A stretch of 46,185 nucleotides of DNA. Source: a virus (Duplodnaviria > Caudoviricetes). Shown here in pieces: positions 8,616-16,228 of this stretch. The DNA lies in the IMG/VR virus record IMGVR_UViG_3300012844_000024, positions 1-46,185 of that record. The stretch is one strand, 5' to 3'. The notes under the pieces were generated by a model that saw only the letters and a list, made by a program, of their open reading frames with translations, made no database searches and was not told the DNA's origin. A program made the position numbers and the translations under genes. Every line of letters starts with the position of its first letter. Within the stretch, counting starts at the first letter, position 1.

Positions 8616-9472
8616 GCTGCTTTCTCCGCGAGTTCGGCTTTGCGTTGATCTTTGGCGGCGTTCAGCTTCGCCAGGTGGTCAGGTGATTGCTCAAGGATTC
8701 GGTACGCGGCCGAGTACACGCTCTGCAGCTCCTGCATGGTCTCGGTGAGCGGGATCTTTGATAGAGCATCCTGCAGCGCAGTGGCCTGCAGATCGGCCTG
8801 CGATTTGCCGTCATTGAGCCAAGCCAGCAGGCGCCGCCCGGTTTCTTCGCTTATCACCTCGGGCTGGTCGAATAGCTTCGTCCGGTCCTTGCTGGCGATG
8901 GCGGCGTGGCCGTCGTGGGTGATGTCGAGCACCACAGTGAACTCGTAATCGGTGCCGTCCCGCTGCTCGGACTTCATGCCGAGCTTGATCACCTTCTTGC
9001 CTTCACCCTGGACCGTCTCGGTTTTGCTCCGCATGGTGCAGATGATGTGCAGCGGACTGGTCAGGATCTTGTCGGTCAGCTTGCGATGGCGCGGCGTGGT
9101 TTCGTTCCAGGCAGCCCAGGTGTTGCCTTTGAACTTCTGGTGCGCGAGTTTCTCGTTCGACTCCAGGCATCCGCCGGAACCGGTCCATTCGTGCGAGTAG
9201 CTGTCGATGATCAGCACGCCATACCCGGCCTGCTCAGCGGCAGTGATTGCTTCGGCGTAGCGCTCCGGCGAGTAGGGCGCGTGCAGCTCCAGCACATCGA
9301 AGTCGGCGATGTCGGCGTACAGCGATGCGCTGCCGTGCTCGGTGTCGATCACCGCGATCCGACCGCCCAGGCCCTTGGCCATGAGCAGCGCGGAGAAGGT
9401 CTTTCCAGACCCCGATGGCCCAGCAAGTGCCAGCCGTAGCTTGGCCTGCTTGCGTTCGGCTTTCTTGAACAT
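8612..9472 (-). CDS. AAA_24 / Sak4-like single-strand annealing ATPase
   Basis: Walker [13 protein letters not shown], Walker B LIIDS; adjacent to ssb. Confidence 0.88.
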   Translation of the reverse strand: MFKKAERKQAKLRLALAGPSGSGKTFSALLMAKGLGGRIAVIDTEHGSASLYADIADFDVLELHAPYSPERYAEAITAAEQAGYGVLIIDSYSHEWTGSGGCLESNEKLAHQKFKGNTWAAWNETTPRHRKLTDKILTSPLHIICTMRSKTETVQGEGKKVIKLGMKSEQRDGTDYEFTVVLDITHDGHAAIASKDRTKLFDQPEVISEETGRRLLAWLNDGKSQADLQATALQDALSKIPLTETMQELQSVYSAAYRILEQSPDHLAKLNAAKDQRKAELAEKAA

Positions 9473-9481
9473 GGGGTGCCC

Positions 9482-9628
9482 TCAGTTCGGTTGGTTGTCC
9501 CACTGCCGCTCAATGCGAGCGGCCTCGTCTTCGTACTCTTTGCGCTCTTCGCCCTGATACCGCTCAGGCGAGAACGATCCGACCGTCATCCAGTCGAGCT
9601 GGGCGGCCAGGCGGGGTGTTGTGTTCAT
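9482..9628 (-). CDS. Hypothetical 48-aa protein
   Basis: Hand translation MNTTPRLAAQLDW...WDNQPN; GAGG RBS. Confidence 0.6.
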   Translation of the reverse strand: MNTTPRLAAQLDWMTVGSFSPERYQGEERKEYEDEAARIERQWDNQPN

Positions 9629-9635
9629 GGTTGCC

Positions 9636-9752
9636 TCAGGAAGTGATGCAGCCCGCGTACGCGCTGGCGAGCATCCAAGCAGTGCAAAGTGAAAGGGTGA
9701 AGAAGCCCCCGCGCCACATGGCGAATCGCCTGGCGCGCTGGTAGCCGGTCAT
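9636..9752 (-). CDS. 38-aa single-pass membrane peptide
   Basis: Hand translation MTGYQRARRFAMWRGGFFTLSLCTAWMLASAYAGCITS; ATGA-coupled. Confidence 0.55.
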   Translation of the reverse strand: MTGYQRARRFAMWRGGFFTLSLCTAWMLASAYAGCITS

Positions 9753-9943
9753 GGGCGCACCCGGACAGCAATGCGCCGACCCTTCATGGTGGCTCCGAGG
9801 CGGCGGGTCAGGCTGGAGACTGGTGTCTCTCGTGGCAGACCGACGGCCTCGTTAAACGGCAGGCCGAAGCTGATCACCGCCAGGGTGCGCTCGATCTGCT
9901 CAAGCTGCTCATCAATGAGCGATTTCACAGGCGCGGTACTCAT
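9749..9943 (-). CDS. Hypothetical protein
   Basis: MSTAPVKSLIDEQL...; ATGA-coupled chain. Confidence 0.7.
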   Translation of the reverse strand: MSTAPVKSLIDEQLEQIERTLAVISFGLPFNEAVGLPRETPVSSLTRRLGATMKGRRIAVRVRP

Positions 9944-10170
9944 GCCACCCTCCCGTTCGCTTCCAGCCATGCTTCGTTGTTGCGGGCGATCGCCCGGTTC
10001 AAGCGCTCCGTGTAGCTGCGCTGCTTGGGCAGGTCGATTGCGCCGGTCAGCCCGGCCAGGTCGATCGCCATCATCAGCTCACCGCGCAGGCCCTCACTGA
10101 ATGAGGCGTCAATCGCCTCGAAGCGAGAGTCGATGATGGCCACAACCTCTTGGCGTGTGCCTCTGTTCAT
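9940..10170 (-). CDS. Hypothetical protein
   Basis: MNRGTRQEVV...; GGAGG RBS. Confidence 0.7.
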   Translation of the reverse strand: MNRGTRQEVVAIIDSRFEAIDASFSEGLRGELMMAIDLAGLTGAIDLPKQRSYTERLNRAIARNNEAWLEANGRVA

Positions 10171-10421
10171 GCTGTCCTCCGGGCGGCGCCTGAGCCGCAC
10201 ATGGCTTCCATCTTGTCGAGCGCCGAGGCGATCACCCGGCGGCTTTCAGTCCGCTGGCGCTCGTCGCGCTCACGGATCATCGTGTTCCAGGCCTGGTTGT
10301 TAGCCCTTGCCTGCGTTGAGGTGAGGTGGTCTGCCCAGGACGTGTCACCAAACAGCTGGTACTGGCGGTCGACCTCGCGCGCCTGGGCGCTGTCCGCGTA
10401 CAGTTCATGCTCGCGACTCAT
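10167..10421 (-). CDS. Hypothetical protein
   Basis: 84 aa; GGAGG RBS. Confidence 0.72.
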   Translation of the reverse strand: MSREHELYADSAQAREVDRQYQLFGDTSWADHLTSTQARANNQAWNTMIRERDERQRTESRRVIASALDKMEAMCGSGAARRTA

Positions 10422-10441
10422 GGTCGCCTCCAGGTGGTGGG

Positions 10442-10711
10442 TTACTCGGTGGGTGGGGAAGGGAGTGGATGCCAGTGCGTTGGCGCGGTAGTGATCCGGC
10501 CATGCATATCAACCCAACGCGGCTCGCGGCCTTTCTCTGTCTTGTTGTACATCTGTCGCTCATATCGCAACGGTCGAACAGACCCTTCCTGGAGGGCGAT
10601 TACCGTTTCCCCGCAACCCCAATTAGGCTTGCCTTCCAAACTTGGCAGCCTGTCGCTGCACTTGATCCAGCCGGCGCCGGCGCTCGGTTGCCATTTCCAT
10701 ATCCAAATCAT
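10442..10711 (-). CDS. DUF551-like protein
   Basis: WIKCSDRLP...THWHPLPSPP signature; GAGGAG RBS. Confidence 0.8.
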   Translation of the reverse strand: MIWIWKWQPSAGAGWIKCSDRLPSLEGKPNWGCGETVIALQEGSVRPLRYERQMYNKTEKGREPRWVDMHGRITTAPTHWHPLPSPPTE

Positions 10712-10907
10712 GTCGCTCCTCGCTGATCAGCTCAGCTACGGCACTTTCGATTTGGGCCATGGCCTGCTGCTCGTCAGCGGCGCGGCGAATCATCACGCGC
10801 AGCAACTGAATGGCCGCATCAAGGCGTGTTGGGTAGACATGGGCCGAAAAGCCGCTGCCTGAAGGCTCCTGAACCATGACCTGGCCGGAAACGTTCATTC
10901 CGCTCAT
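10623..10907 (-). CDS. Hypothetical protein
   Basis: MSGMNVSGQV...; GAGGA RBS after a hairpin; overlaps the next gene by 89 nt. Confidence 0.6.
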   Translation of the reverse strand: MSGMNVSGQVMVQEPSGSGFSAHVYPTRLDAAIQLLRVMIRRAADEQQAMAQIESAVAELISEERHDLDMEMATERRRRLDQVQRQAAKFGRQA

Positions 10908-10921
10908 TGGGTGATCCTCAG

Positions 10922-10997
10922 GACCGCATTGGCCAGGAGCCAGGCGCGGGTGACCAAACCCACCGTGAAAGGTGGCCTGGCGCCTGCCAATGCGGTC
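10922..10997 (-). other. Long intergenic stem-loop with branched top
   Basis: GACCGCATTGGC (10922-10933) / GCCAATGCGGTC (10986-10997) plus inner complementary arms. Confidence 0.7.
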
Positions 10998-11024
10998 GTT
11001 ATGTGAAGGGAAGGGGATGCGGGA

Positions 11025-11170
11025 TGCATCGGGGTGTGAACTGGCAGGAGCCAATCTCTGCATCGACCGGTGTTCGCTCCTCCCGATCTCGCTGGATAGA
11101 AGCTGTGCTGCTTGGCGGCAGGATTCAGTTCACACTCCGATGCAGCCTGCGATGGGGAGCAGGGCATCGG
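11025..11170 (-). other. 19-bp inverted repeat with a competing upstream hairpin
   Basis: 11025-11043 pairs with 11126-11144 (1 mismatch); a second GCATCGG copy at 11164-11170. Confidence 0.7.
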
Positions 11171-11203
11171 GCAGTTAACGGCAGGCGGCCGTGGCGCTGG
11201 TTG

Positions 11204-11398
11204 TCACTGTTGCTCTGCGGCGTCGGCAAGAGCCCTGAGCTGAGTCGCGCTGATGAAGATGGGCGCCTCGGCATCTTCAATCTCAAGGCAAATCCCGACT
11301 TCGGTACCGGTCCGGACCAGGGCAAAGCCTGGCTCGATTTCAAGCTGACCGCAGGCATGGCTGTTTTGGGCTTTCACTTCTTCGAAAACTTCGTTCAT
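11204..11398 (-). CDS. Hypothetical acidic protein
   Basis: 64 aa; GGAGG RBS. Confidence 0.65.
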   Translation of the reverse strand: MNEVFEEVKAQNSHACGQLEIEPGFALVRTGTEVGICLEIEDAEAPIFISATQLRALADAAEQQ

Positions 11399-11424
11399 CG
11401 CTTTGCCCTCCGGGGCGGTTGATT

Positions 11425-11991
11425 TCAGGTTGCGGCGAGCTGATCCGCCCTATCCAGAAGGGCAGCGCAGACACGCTCATCGAATCGGTCGGTGGTACGG
11501 TATTGGTCGACCGCTTGCCGGATGACGCCGGCCTTGGCTGTGGCCCAGGCCCTGTGCGCTTCGTGCGGGCAGTCAAAGCTGCCTACGCTGGTGCGGCTCC
11601 CATCCAGCCAGTGAACCCTTGCCATGAATGGCTTTCCGCGCCGAGTGCGAGCCACGCCTACGGGCAGATCACCGCGCTGGGATGGCCTGTCGATTGCCAG
11701 ATTGTTCAGGATGCTTGGCACGAACACCGACGTTTCCGGTCGGTAGATCTTCTCGCCGGGGCTCAAGATGTCCTTGTCCAGGTGATTGCCATGCCATGGC
11801 TGCTGTTCCATCCACGCCTTGAAGGCGCTGAACCGAAGCCACTGCTCGGCCACTTGGCATCCCTCATAGTGGCGGTCATCGCGCTCACCGAAGCAGCGCC
11901 GGAGAAGCCCTTTCCACCTGCTGTAGAACGGGCAGTTGTGATAGCGGGGCAGATCGTTGATACCGACCCCAAGAACCAATGCTCTTCCCAT
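11425..11991 (-). CDS. HNH-like homing endonuclease with AP2-like C-terminal domain
   Basis: YSRWKGLLRRC..W..FSAFKAW..HLDKD..YRPETSVFV..LNN; LPVGV...GSFDCPHEAHRAW. Confidence 0.75.
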   Translation of the reverse strand: MGRALVLGVGINDLPRYHNCPFYSRWKGLLRRCFGERDDRHYEGCQVAEQWLRFSAFKAWMEQQPWHGNHLDKDILSPGEKIYRPETSVFVPSILNNLAIDRPSQRGDLPVGVARTRRGKPFMARVHWLDGSRTSVGSFDCPHEAHRAWATAKAGVIRQAVDQYRTTDRFDERVCAALLDRADQLAAT

Positions 11992-12069
11992 GGGGACCTC
12001 CTGTGCATCAAAGCCGCCTCAGTGAAGTGGCTTTGATGCCGGCCCTGTCGCCAAGGCCAGCCAGTGAAA

Positions 12070-12270
12070 TCACACTGTGCGCTCCAGCACGCAGCATTCC
12101 TCGTAATGAGCCATCGCAATCGGCATGTGGTGGCTGTCGAGCGGCCATTTGCTGACGATGCAGCCTTGGCCGGCTGGGCAGTGGAAGACGAAAAGCTCCT
12201 CTGCGTCCTTGTCCATCTCCATGCTCACCCGTGCACCGCTGGTGAAGGAGTCCTCGATGATCGTGGTCAT
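12070..12270 (-). CDS. Hypothetical protein, first gene of the pL operon
   Basis: 66 aa; GGAGGA RBS. Confidence 0.7.
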   Translation of the reverse strand: MTTIIEDSFTSGARVSMEMDKDAEELFVFHCPAGQGCIVSKWPLDSHHMPIAMAHYEECCVLERTV

Positions 12271-12506
12271 GCTGTGTTCCTCCAGTGGATTCCCAAAGCA
12301 CCCGGTCGCCCAGGTGCTTCAGTGAATCGTTCTGTCCCATTACCGCCGGGATGGCGGGGCGCATTGCATGCCCGGGTCGTTCTCTCGGTTTAGGCGTTTC
12401 ACCTTCGTCAGCCGTACAGGGTTGTCCCTGTCGTGGGCAGCCTTTCGGGGCTGTCTGATCGCCGGTCGCCGGTAGAGGCAATGCGGTCTGTTGGTTGTTG
12501 CGCTGG

Positions 12507-12519
12507 TTGTTAAAGAGCG
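12507..12519 (-). promoter_or_regulatory. boxA antitermination element (nutL-like)
   Basis: Minus strand CGCTCTTTAACAA matches the boxA consensus; preceded by hairpin GAGGC-CCTCAA-GCCTC. Confidence 0.8.
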
Positions 12520-12569
12520 GTGAGGCTTGAGGGCCTCCGCAGTCCCTGGTGAGTGACTGCGATGGGCGA

Positions 12570-12611
12570 ACAATACCGCCGGTATTTCATGCGGTCAATA
12601 CCTCCGGTCAT
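12570..12611 (-). promoter_or_regulatory. pL promoter with operators oL1/oL2
   Basis: Minus strand TTGACC-17nt-TATTGT; operators AATACCGCCGGTATT (12572-12586) and AATACCTCCGGTCAT (12597-12611). Confidence 0.85.
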
Positions 12612-12628
12612 GTTTTTCTTCCGCCCAC

Positions 12629-12653
12629 AAAAAAGCCCGCGCTAGGCGGGCTT
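12629..12653 (-). terminator. Intrinsic terminator after the lipoprotein gene
   Basis: GCCCGC/GCGGGC stem with U-tract on the minus strand. Confidence 0.8.
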
Positions 12654-12670
12654 CCAGTAGTGCTGCCGGA

Positions 12671-12979
12671 TCACTCGTCAGGACTTGGCTTGGCGATGAA
12701 ATCCTTCGGGATGTACGGCACCTTGGTGACCTTCCCGTCCTTGGTCTCAAACGAGACGGACTTGGCGCCCCCGAACGCGGTCGCGTGGCTGTACACCCAC
12801 ATCTGGCCTTCCTCTCGGGATGTGACCATGTAGGGGTTGCCCATGATCTCGTAGAGCTGATCTTCGGTCATGCCGACCTTAACCTGACTGGCCTGGCCGA
12901 AGGTGAATGGCGTTCCCGCGCATCCGGCCATGGTTACGACTACAGCCACTAGAAGGAATCGGCGGATCTGGTGAATCAT
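12671..12979 (-). CDS. SmpA/BamE-like outer-membrane lipoprotein
   Basis: Lipobox MAGC; VKVGMTEDQLYEIMGNP...WVY motif. Confidence 0.82.
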   Translation of the reverse strand: MIHQIRRFLLVAVVVTMAGCAGTPFTFGQASQVKVGMTEDQLYEIMGNPYMVTSREEGQMWVYSHATAFGGAKSVSFETKDGKVTKVPYIPKDFIAKPSPDE

Positions 12980-13044
12980 GGTGAACTCCCTGTGTATTGA
13001 GTCCGCATCCTACCATTCTGGCTATCCGCCATCACTCAGGCATG

Positions 13045-13065
13045 AAAAAGCCCGCAGAGGCGGGC
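13045..13065 (-). terminator. Intrinsic terminator after the 333-aa gene
   Basis: GCCCGC-AGAG-GCGGGC with U-tract on the minus strand. Confidence 0.8.
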
Positions 13066-13092
13066 CATTCAATAAGGTGGAGAGGGACTGCC

Positions 13093-14094
13093 TCAATCCG
13101 GTGGATTTCGCCGTTCCACACCCACGACAATTGCCTGCTTTATCGCGCCATCAAGTACCTTGGCGTTGATGCTCAAAAAGACCGTGGTTCGCTCCCACTC
13201 AGCGTATTGCAGCACGTCCTTTTTTTCCTCGTTCAGCGATGTGTCTTCAACGATCGCCTCAAATTCATCGGAGGATCGATGCTTTCTGACCTTGACCTTG
13301 AACTCGTCAGGGTTTGAAGAATCAACCCGTACAATTCGATAAAAACCATCTAGGCGCTTTTCTGCTGCCTTCCTGCGAGCATTGGTCACAAGTTCCTGGG
13401 CGATGTCGCCAGATACTGTAATTCCGCTCACAGTTGCTTCATCTGCAGTCGAGAAACCTTTGAGCATCTCGGTGCGGGCGTCATAAACCTGGCGGCTGAC
13501 GCTCTCAAGGCGAGGCTGGGAAACCAGCAGCCTATTAAGAACCTCAAGCCTGGCCGTCTCCTGCTTAGAGAGAGCCTCAATCGTAGAGAGGGAATCCCGC
13601 TGCTCCTCGGTCTTAGCTTCTGCCGACCTCACGTCCTTGCGATAGTTGAGGTACGCGGCATACGAGGTCTTGCCTGCCCATAGCACGCCAAGACCCAATA
13701 TCGTCACTACCATCATTTCTGGCGGCATTGTCTCTCCGGCTTTCTCGGCGAATTTGATCAGGACCTCTTGAAAGTCGACCTCGAAAATCGATGATCCTTC
13801 TTCGACTTTGACCTCGATTTCGAGCTCGTCCCTCTCTTCTTTGGACAGGCGACGAGTGTCATCAGTGTCGTACTGCGCAATGGCATATGACTTGTATATG
13901 ACATTTTGCAGCTCAATGAAGGACTTCATCACACTTGGCGTGATGCTGGATTCAAATTTGTCGCCAACCAAGCGGACCTTGAGCTTAGGCCAGCCCTCAA
14001 GCTCTACGCCACCCTTGAAGCGCGCACCGTCAAGAAACTCTTGAATGACCTTGAATGCGTCGTCTTCATTTCGGATTTTGATTGCGTCTGCCAC
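13093..14094 (-). CDS. Uncharacterised 333-aa accessory protein with one central hydrophobic helix
   Basis: Long ORF directly downstream of cI; visibly lower GC; segment MMVVTILGLGVLWAG. Confidence 0.85.
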   Translation of the reverse strand: MADAIKIRNEDDAFKVIQEFLDGARFKGGVELEGWPKLKVRLVGDKFESSITPSVMKSFIELQNVIYKSYAIAQYDTDDTRRLSKEERDELEIEVKVEEGSSIFEVDFQEVLIKFAEKAGETMPPEMMVVTILGLGVLWAGKTSYAAYLNYRKDVRSAEAKTEEQRDSLSTIEALSKQETARLEVLNRLLVSQPRLESVSRQVYDARTEMLKGFSTADEATVSGITVSGDIAQELVTNARRKAAEKRLDGFYRIVRVDSSNPDEFKVKVRKHRSSDEFEAIVEDTSLNEEKKDVLQYAEWERTTVFLSINAKVLDGAIKQAIVVGVERRNPPD

Positions 14095-14136
14095 AGAATA
14101 TCCCTATTGGGCTGGTTCATGATGTCTATTGCCTAG

Positions 14137-14955
14137 CTACAAATCACCGCCGCGCCAGATCACTTTCCCGATGATCCGATGCTCATTGCCGTTGCTACGC
14201 AGGTGCGAGCGATCCGGATGCTCCCCCTTGTCCTCGTTGTCGCTGCGCAGCACCCATTGGCCAAGTGGGCCTTGTATCAGGCGCTTCACGATCGCACCAT
14301 CAGAGCCAGCCAGGACGAACACCTGGCCATCAGCTGGATCGATGCGGGACCGATCAACCAGCAGCACGTCACCATCATTGATGGTCGGCCACATGCTCTC
14401 GCCCTCGGCATAAATCACGATCAGCTGGTCTGCCTTTGCGCCTTTGACCTTAAGCCATTCGCGCTTGAACGCTAGGGTCGAGCGGATTTCGACATGCGGG
14501 TTCTCGCTGCCCAGGCCGGCAGCCGCTTTTGCATCGTACTGAGGTACGTAGGCGTATTTGCCGTCTAATTCTTCTTCGTCAGAGCCTTCCGGAAGAGGGG
14601 AGGCGGCAGGCGTCTGGCCTACATGTTCAAGGGGTTCGCTCCACTCCTTGGTGGGAGTTCCGACATTGGGATGGTAAAGCAGTGCATCCAGATCCTCTGC
14701 CAGTCTTGGACTGAATGCAGATACCGGCACCTGCAGGGCCTTTGCAAAAACCGAGGCCGCGCGGAGGCTTAGCGCAGTGCGCCCATTCATGAAGTGACTG
14801 ACAGCACCCTGCGTGACGCCATCGCCAAGCTCTGCGGCGATACGATCTTGTGTAAGGCCAAGCTCAGCGCGCTTCGCAGCGTAAAGGGCTTTCAGGCGCT
14901 TGCTGTCCTCCACCTGCCAATCAGCGAGTGGGACTTTTCGAGAGTTTTTCGTCAT
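14137..14955 (-). CDS. cI: CI-like repressor (HTH + S24 autopeptidase)
   Basis: LTQDRIAAEL..VTQGAVSHFMNG HTH; AAAG cleavage site; GESMWP serine and IVKRL lysine. Confidence 0.95.
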   Translation of the reverse strand: MTKNSRKVPLADWQVEDSKRLKALYAAKRAELGLTQDRIAAELGDGVTQGAVSHFMNGRTALSLRAASVFAKALQVPVSAFSPRLAEDLDALLYHPNVGTPTKEWSEPLEHVGQTPAASPLPEGSDEEELDGKYAYVPQYDAKAAAGLGSENPHVEIRSTLAFKREWLKVKGAKADQLIVIYAEGESMWPTINDGDVLLVDRSRIDPADGQVFVLAGSDGAIVKRLIQGPLGQWVLRSDNEDKGEHPDRSHLRSNGNEHRIIGKVIWRGGDL

Positions 14956-14961
14956 CTGCGA

Positions 14962-15033
14962 ATGATATGACCACCGGTATTGAGGGCACCAATAGCGGCG
15001 GTATTGACGAGCGACAATACCGGCGGTCATACT
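14962..15033. promoter_or_regulatory. oR region: three operators, pR and pRM
   Basis: ATGACCACCGGTATT (14967-14981), AATAGCGGCGGTATT (14991-15005), AATACCGGCGGTCAT (15016-15030); pR TTGACG-18nt-CATACT; minus-strand TATCAT just before the cI ATG. Confidence 0.85.
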
Positions 15034-15065
15034 GCTGCCGTAGATCCATTGTTGAGGACGTCGCA

Positions 15066-15260
15066 ATGCGCCGAATCCCGCTTTCAGAATTCGCAAAAGA
15101 GCACGGCCACACACGCGCCGCTCAGATGCTCGGCTGTACGCAGGGAGGCCTGAGCAAGGCCATCCGCGTAGGCCGCGATGTTTACGTGACTGTTGACGAA
15201 GACGGCACGGTTACCGCGCAAGAGCAGCGTCCGTTCCCGTCCCAAAAGTCCGCCGCCTAA
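15066..15260 (+). CDS. cro: Cro repressor
   Basis: Lambda Cro-like: IPLSEFAKEHGHTRAAQMLGCTQGGLSKAIRVGR...RPFPS; divergent from cI. Confidence 0.93.
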   Translation: MRRIPLSEFAKEHGHTRAAQMLGCTQGGLSKAIRVGRDVYVTVDEDGTVTAQEQRPFPSQKSAA

Positions 15261-15289
15261 CCATTTTTAAATCACAAGGAAATCCCTGA

Positions 15290-15499
15290 ATGCACCTGGA
15301 CCCCGCCAACAAACGCAGCGAAGTGATCAAGTCGCGTTGGAAGCCAGAGGAGGTAAGGAAGCTGCGCATGGAGGCCCGCATGGCCGGCATGCAACTGGCT
15401 ACCTACGTCCACGAGTTGGCCAACCTCGGCCGTCGTCTTGGCGCCGCAGACCTGCTTCGAGAAATGAACGGTGCCGGCGAGCAGGATAAATCGGCCTGA
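15290..15499 (+). CDS. Small RHH-like regulator A1
   Basis: VIKSRWKPEEVRKLRMEARMAGMQLATYVHEL strand-helix-helix pattern; AAGGA RBS. Confidence 0.7.
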   Translation: MHLDPANKRSEVIKSRWKPEEVRKLRMEARMAGMQLATYVHELANLGRRLGAADLLREMNGAGEQDKSA

Positions 15500-15517
15500 G
15501 GACCCTATGGAGGGCCT

Positions 15518-15721
15518 ATGCCTGAAACCACCTTCGAATTGCTGCCAATCGAGGTGAAGGCTGAGGTTCGACAGCTGGCTGCCGACCTCGGCTGGAGCCT
15601 GGAGAGATCGACTGATGAGTACCTGGAGATGAGTCGATCGCTAGCCATCCAGGAGCAATTGAGACAAATGCGACACAGGGCCCCAGTGCTGGGGCTGGTA
15701 GGACACAAAAAGGCCCTCTAG
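15518..15721 (+). CDS. Small regulator-like protein B1
   Basis: LPIEVKAEVRQLAADLGWSLERSTDEYL; GGAGG RBS. Confidence 0.68.
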   Translation: MPETTFELLPIEVKAEVRQLAADLGWSLERSTDEYLEMSRSLAIQEQLRQMRHRAPVLGLVGHKKAL

Positions 15722-15791
15722 GGGGCCTAAATGCGGGCAACCAAGTGCCTCTTTCAACTGGTCGACCAAGCACTGCGCAGGGGATCACCCG

Positions 15792-15998
15792 ATGGCCTAC
15801 GACGACAAAGCCCACCGCCACGACCACCAGGTCAAGGTCCGCTTGGATGACGAGGACTTCAACGAGCTCAAGGACTTTGCCCTGGAGCTCAAGGCGCAGC
15901 ACAGCGTGCTGGCACGGGAAATCATCCTAGCCGCGCTGGCGTTCAAGAAAGAGCACGGCCACCTGCCGCTGATCAACGAGAAGAAGGCCAGGGCCTGA
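15792..15998 (+). CDS. Small RHH-like regulator A2
   Basis: VKVRLDDEDFNELKDFALELKAQHSVLAREII. Confidence 0.75.
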   Translation: MAYDDKAHRHDHQVKVRLDDEDFNELKDFALELKAQHSVLAREIILAALAFKKEHGHLPLINEKKARA

Positions 15999-16018
15999 AT
16001 GGGTCCAGGGGAGGACGA

Positions 16019-16228
16019 ATGTCGCCTGCAAACGAAGCAGTACAGCACGACGTGAAGGTCGAGCAGTTCCGCCGATCCGACTTCCGGGAGCTGGAAGCCT
16101 GGGCGGAGGAGGCCGGCCTGACCCCCGACGAACTTGCATCGCAGATCGTCGGCATGGCCACCCGCTTCCTCTCGATGAGGGGCAAGCCCAAGAGCAACAA
16201 CGTTGTGCCGTTCGCGGCGCCGAGGTAA
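16019..16228 (+). CDS. Small regulator-like protein B2
   Basis: FRRSDFRELEAWAEEAGLTPDELASQIV; GGAGG RBS. Confidence 0.7.
   Translation: MSPANEAVQHDVKVEQFRRSDFRELEAWAEEAGLTPDELASQIVGMATRFLSMRGKPKSNNVVPFAAPR

Noticed and set aside
12384-12415. Hammerhead-like core CUGACGA followed by a stem and AAAC on the minus strand
   Set aside because: The GAAA after stem II lacks its G, and CGG/CCG closes a simple internal loop with no stem III or UH cleavage site
14956-15114. 5' extension of cI given by the ORF track
   Set aside because: It overlaps the operators and cro; the HTH protein begins at ATG 14955
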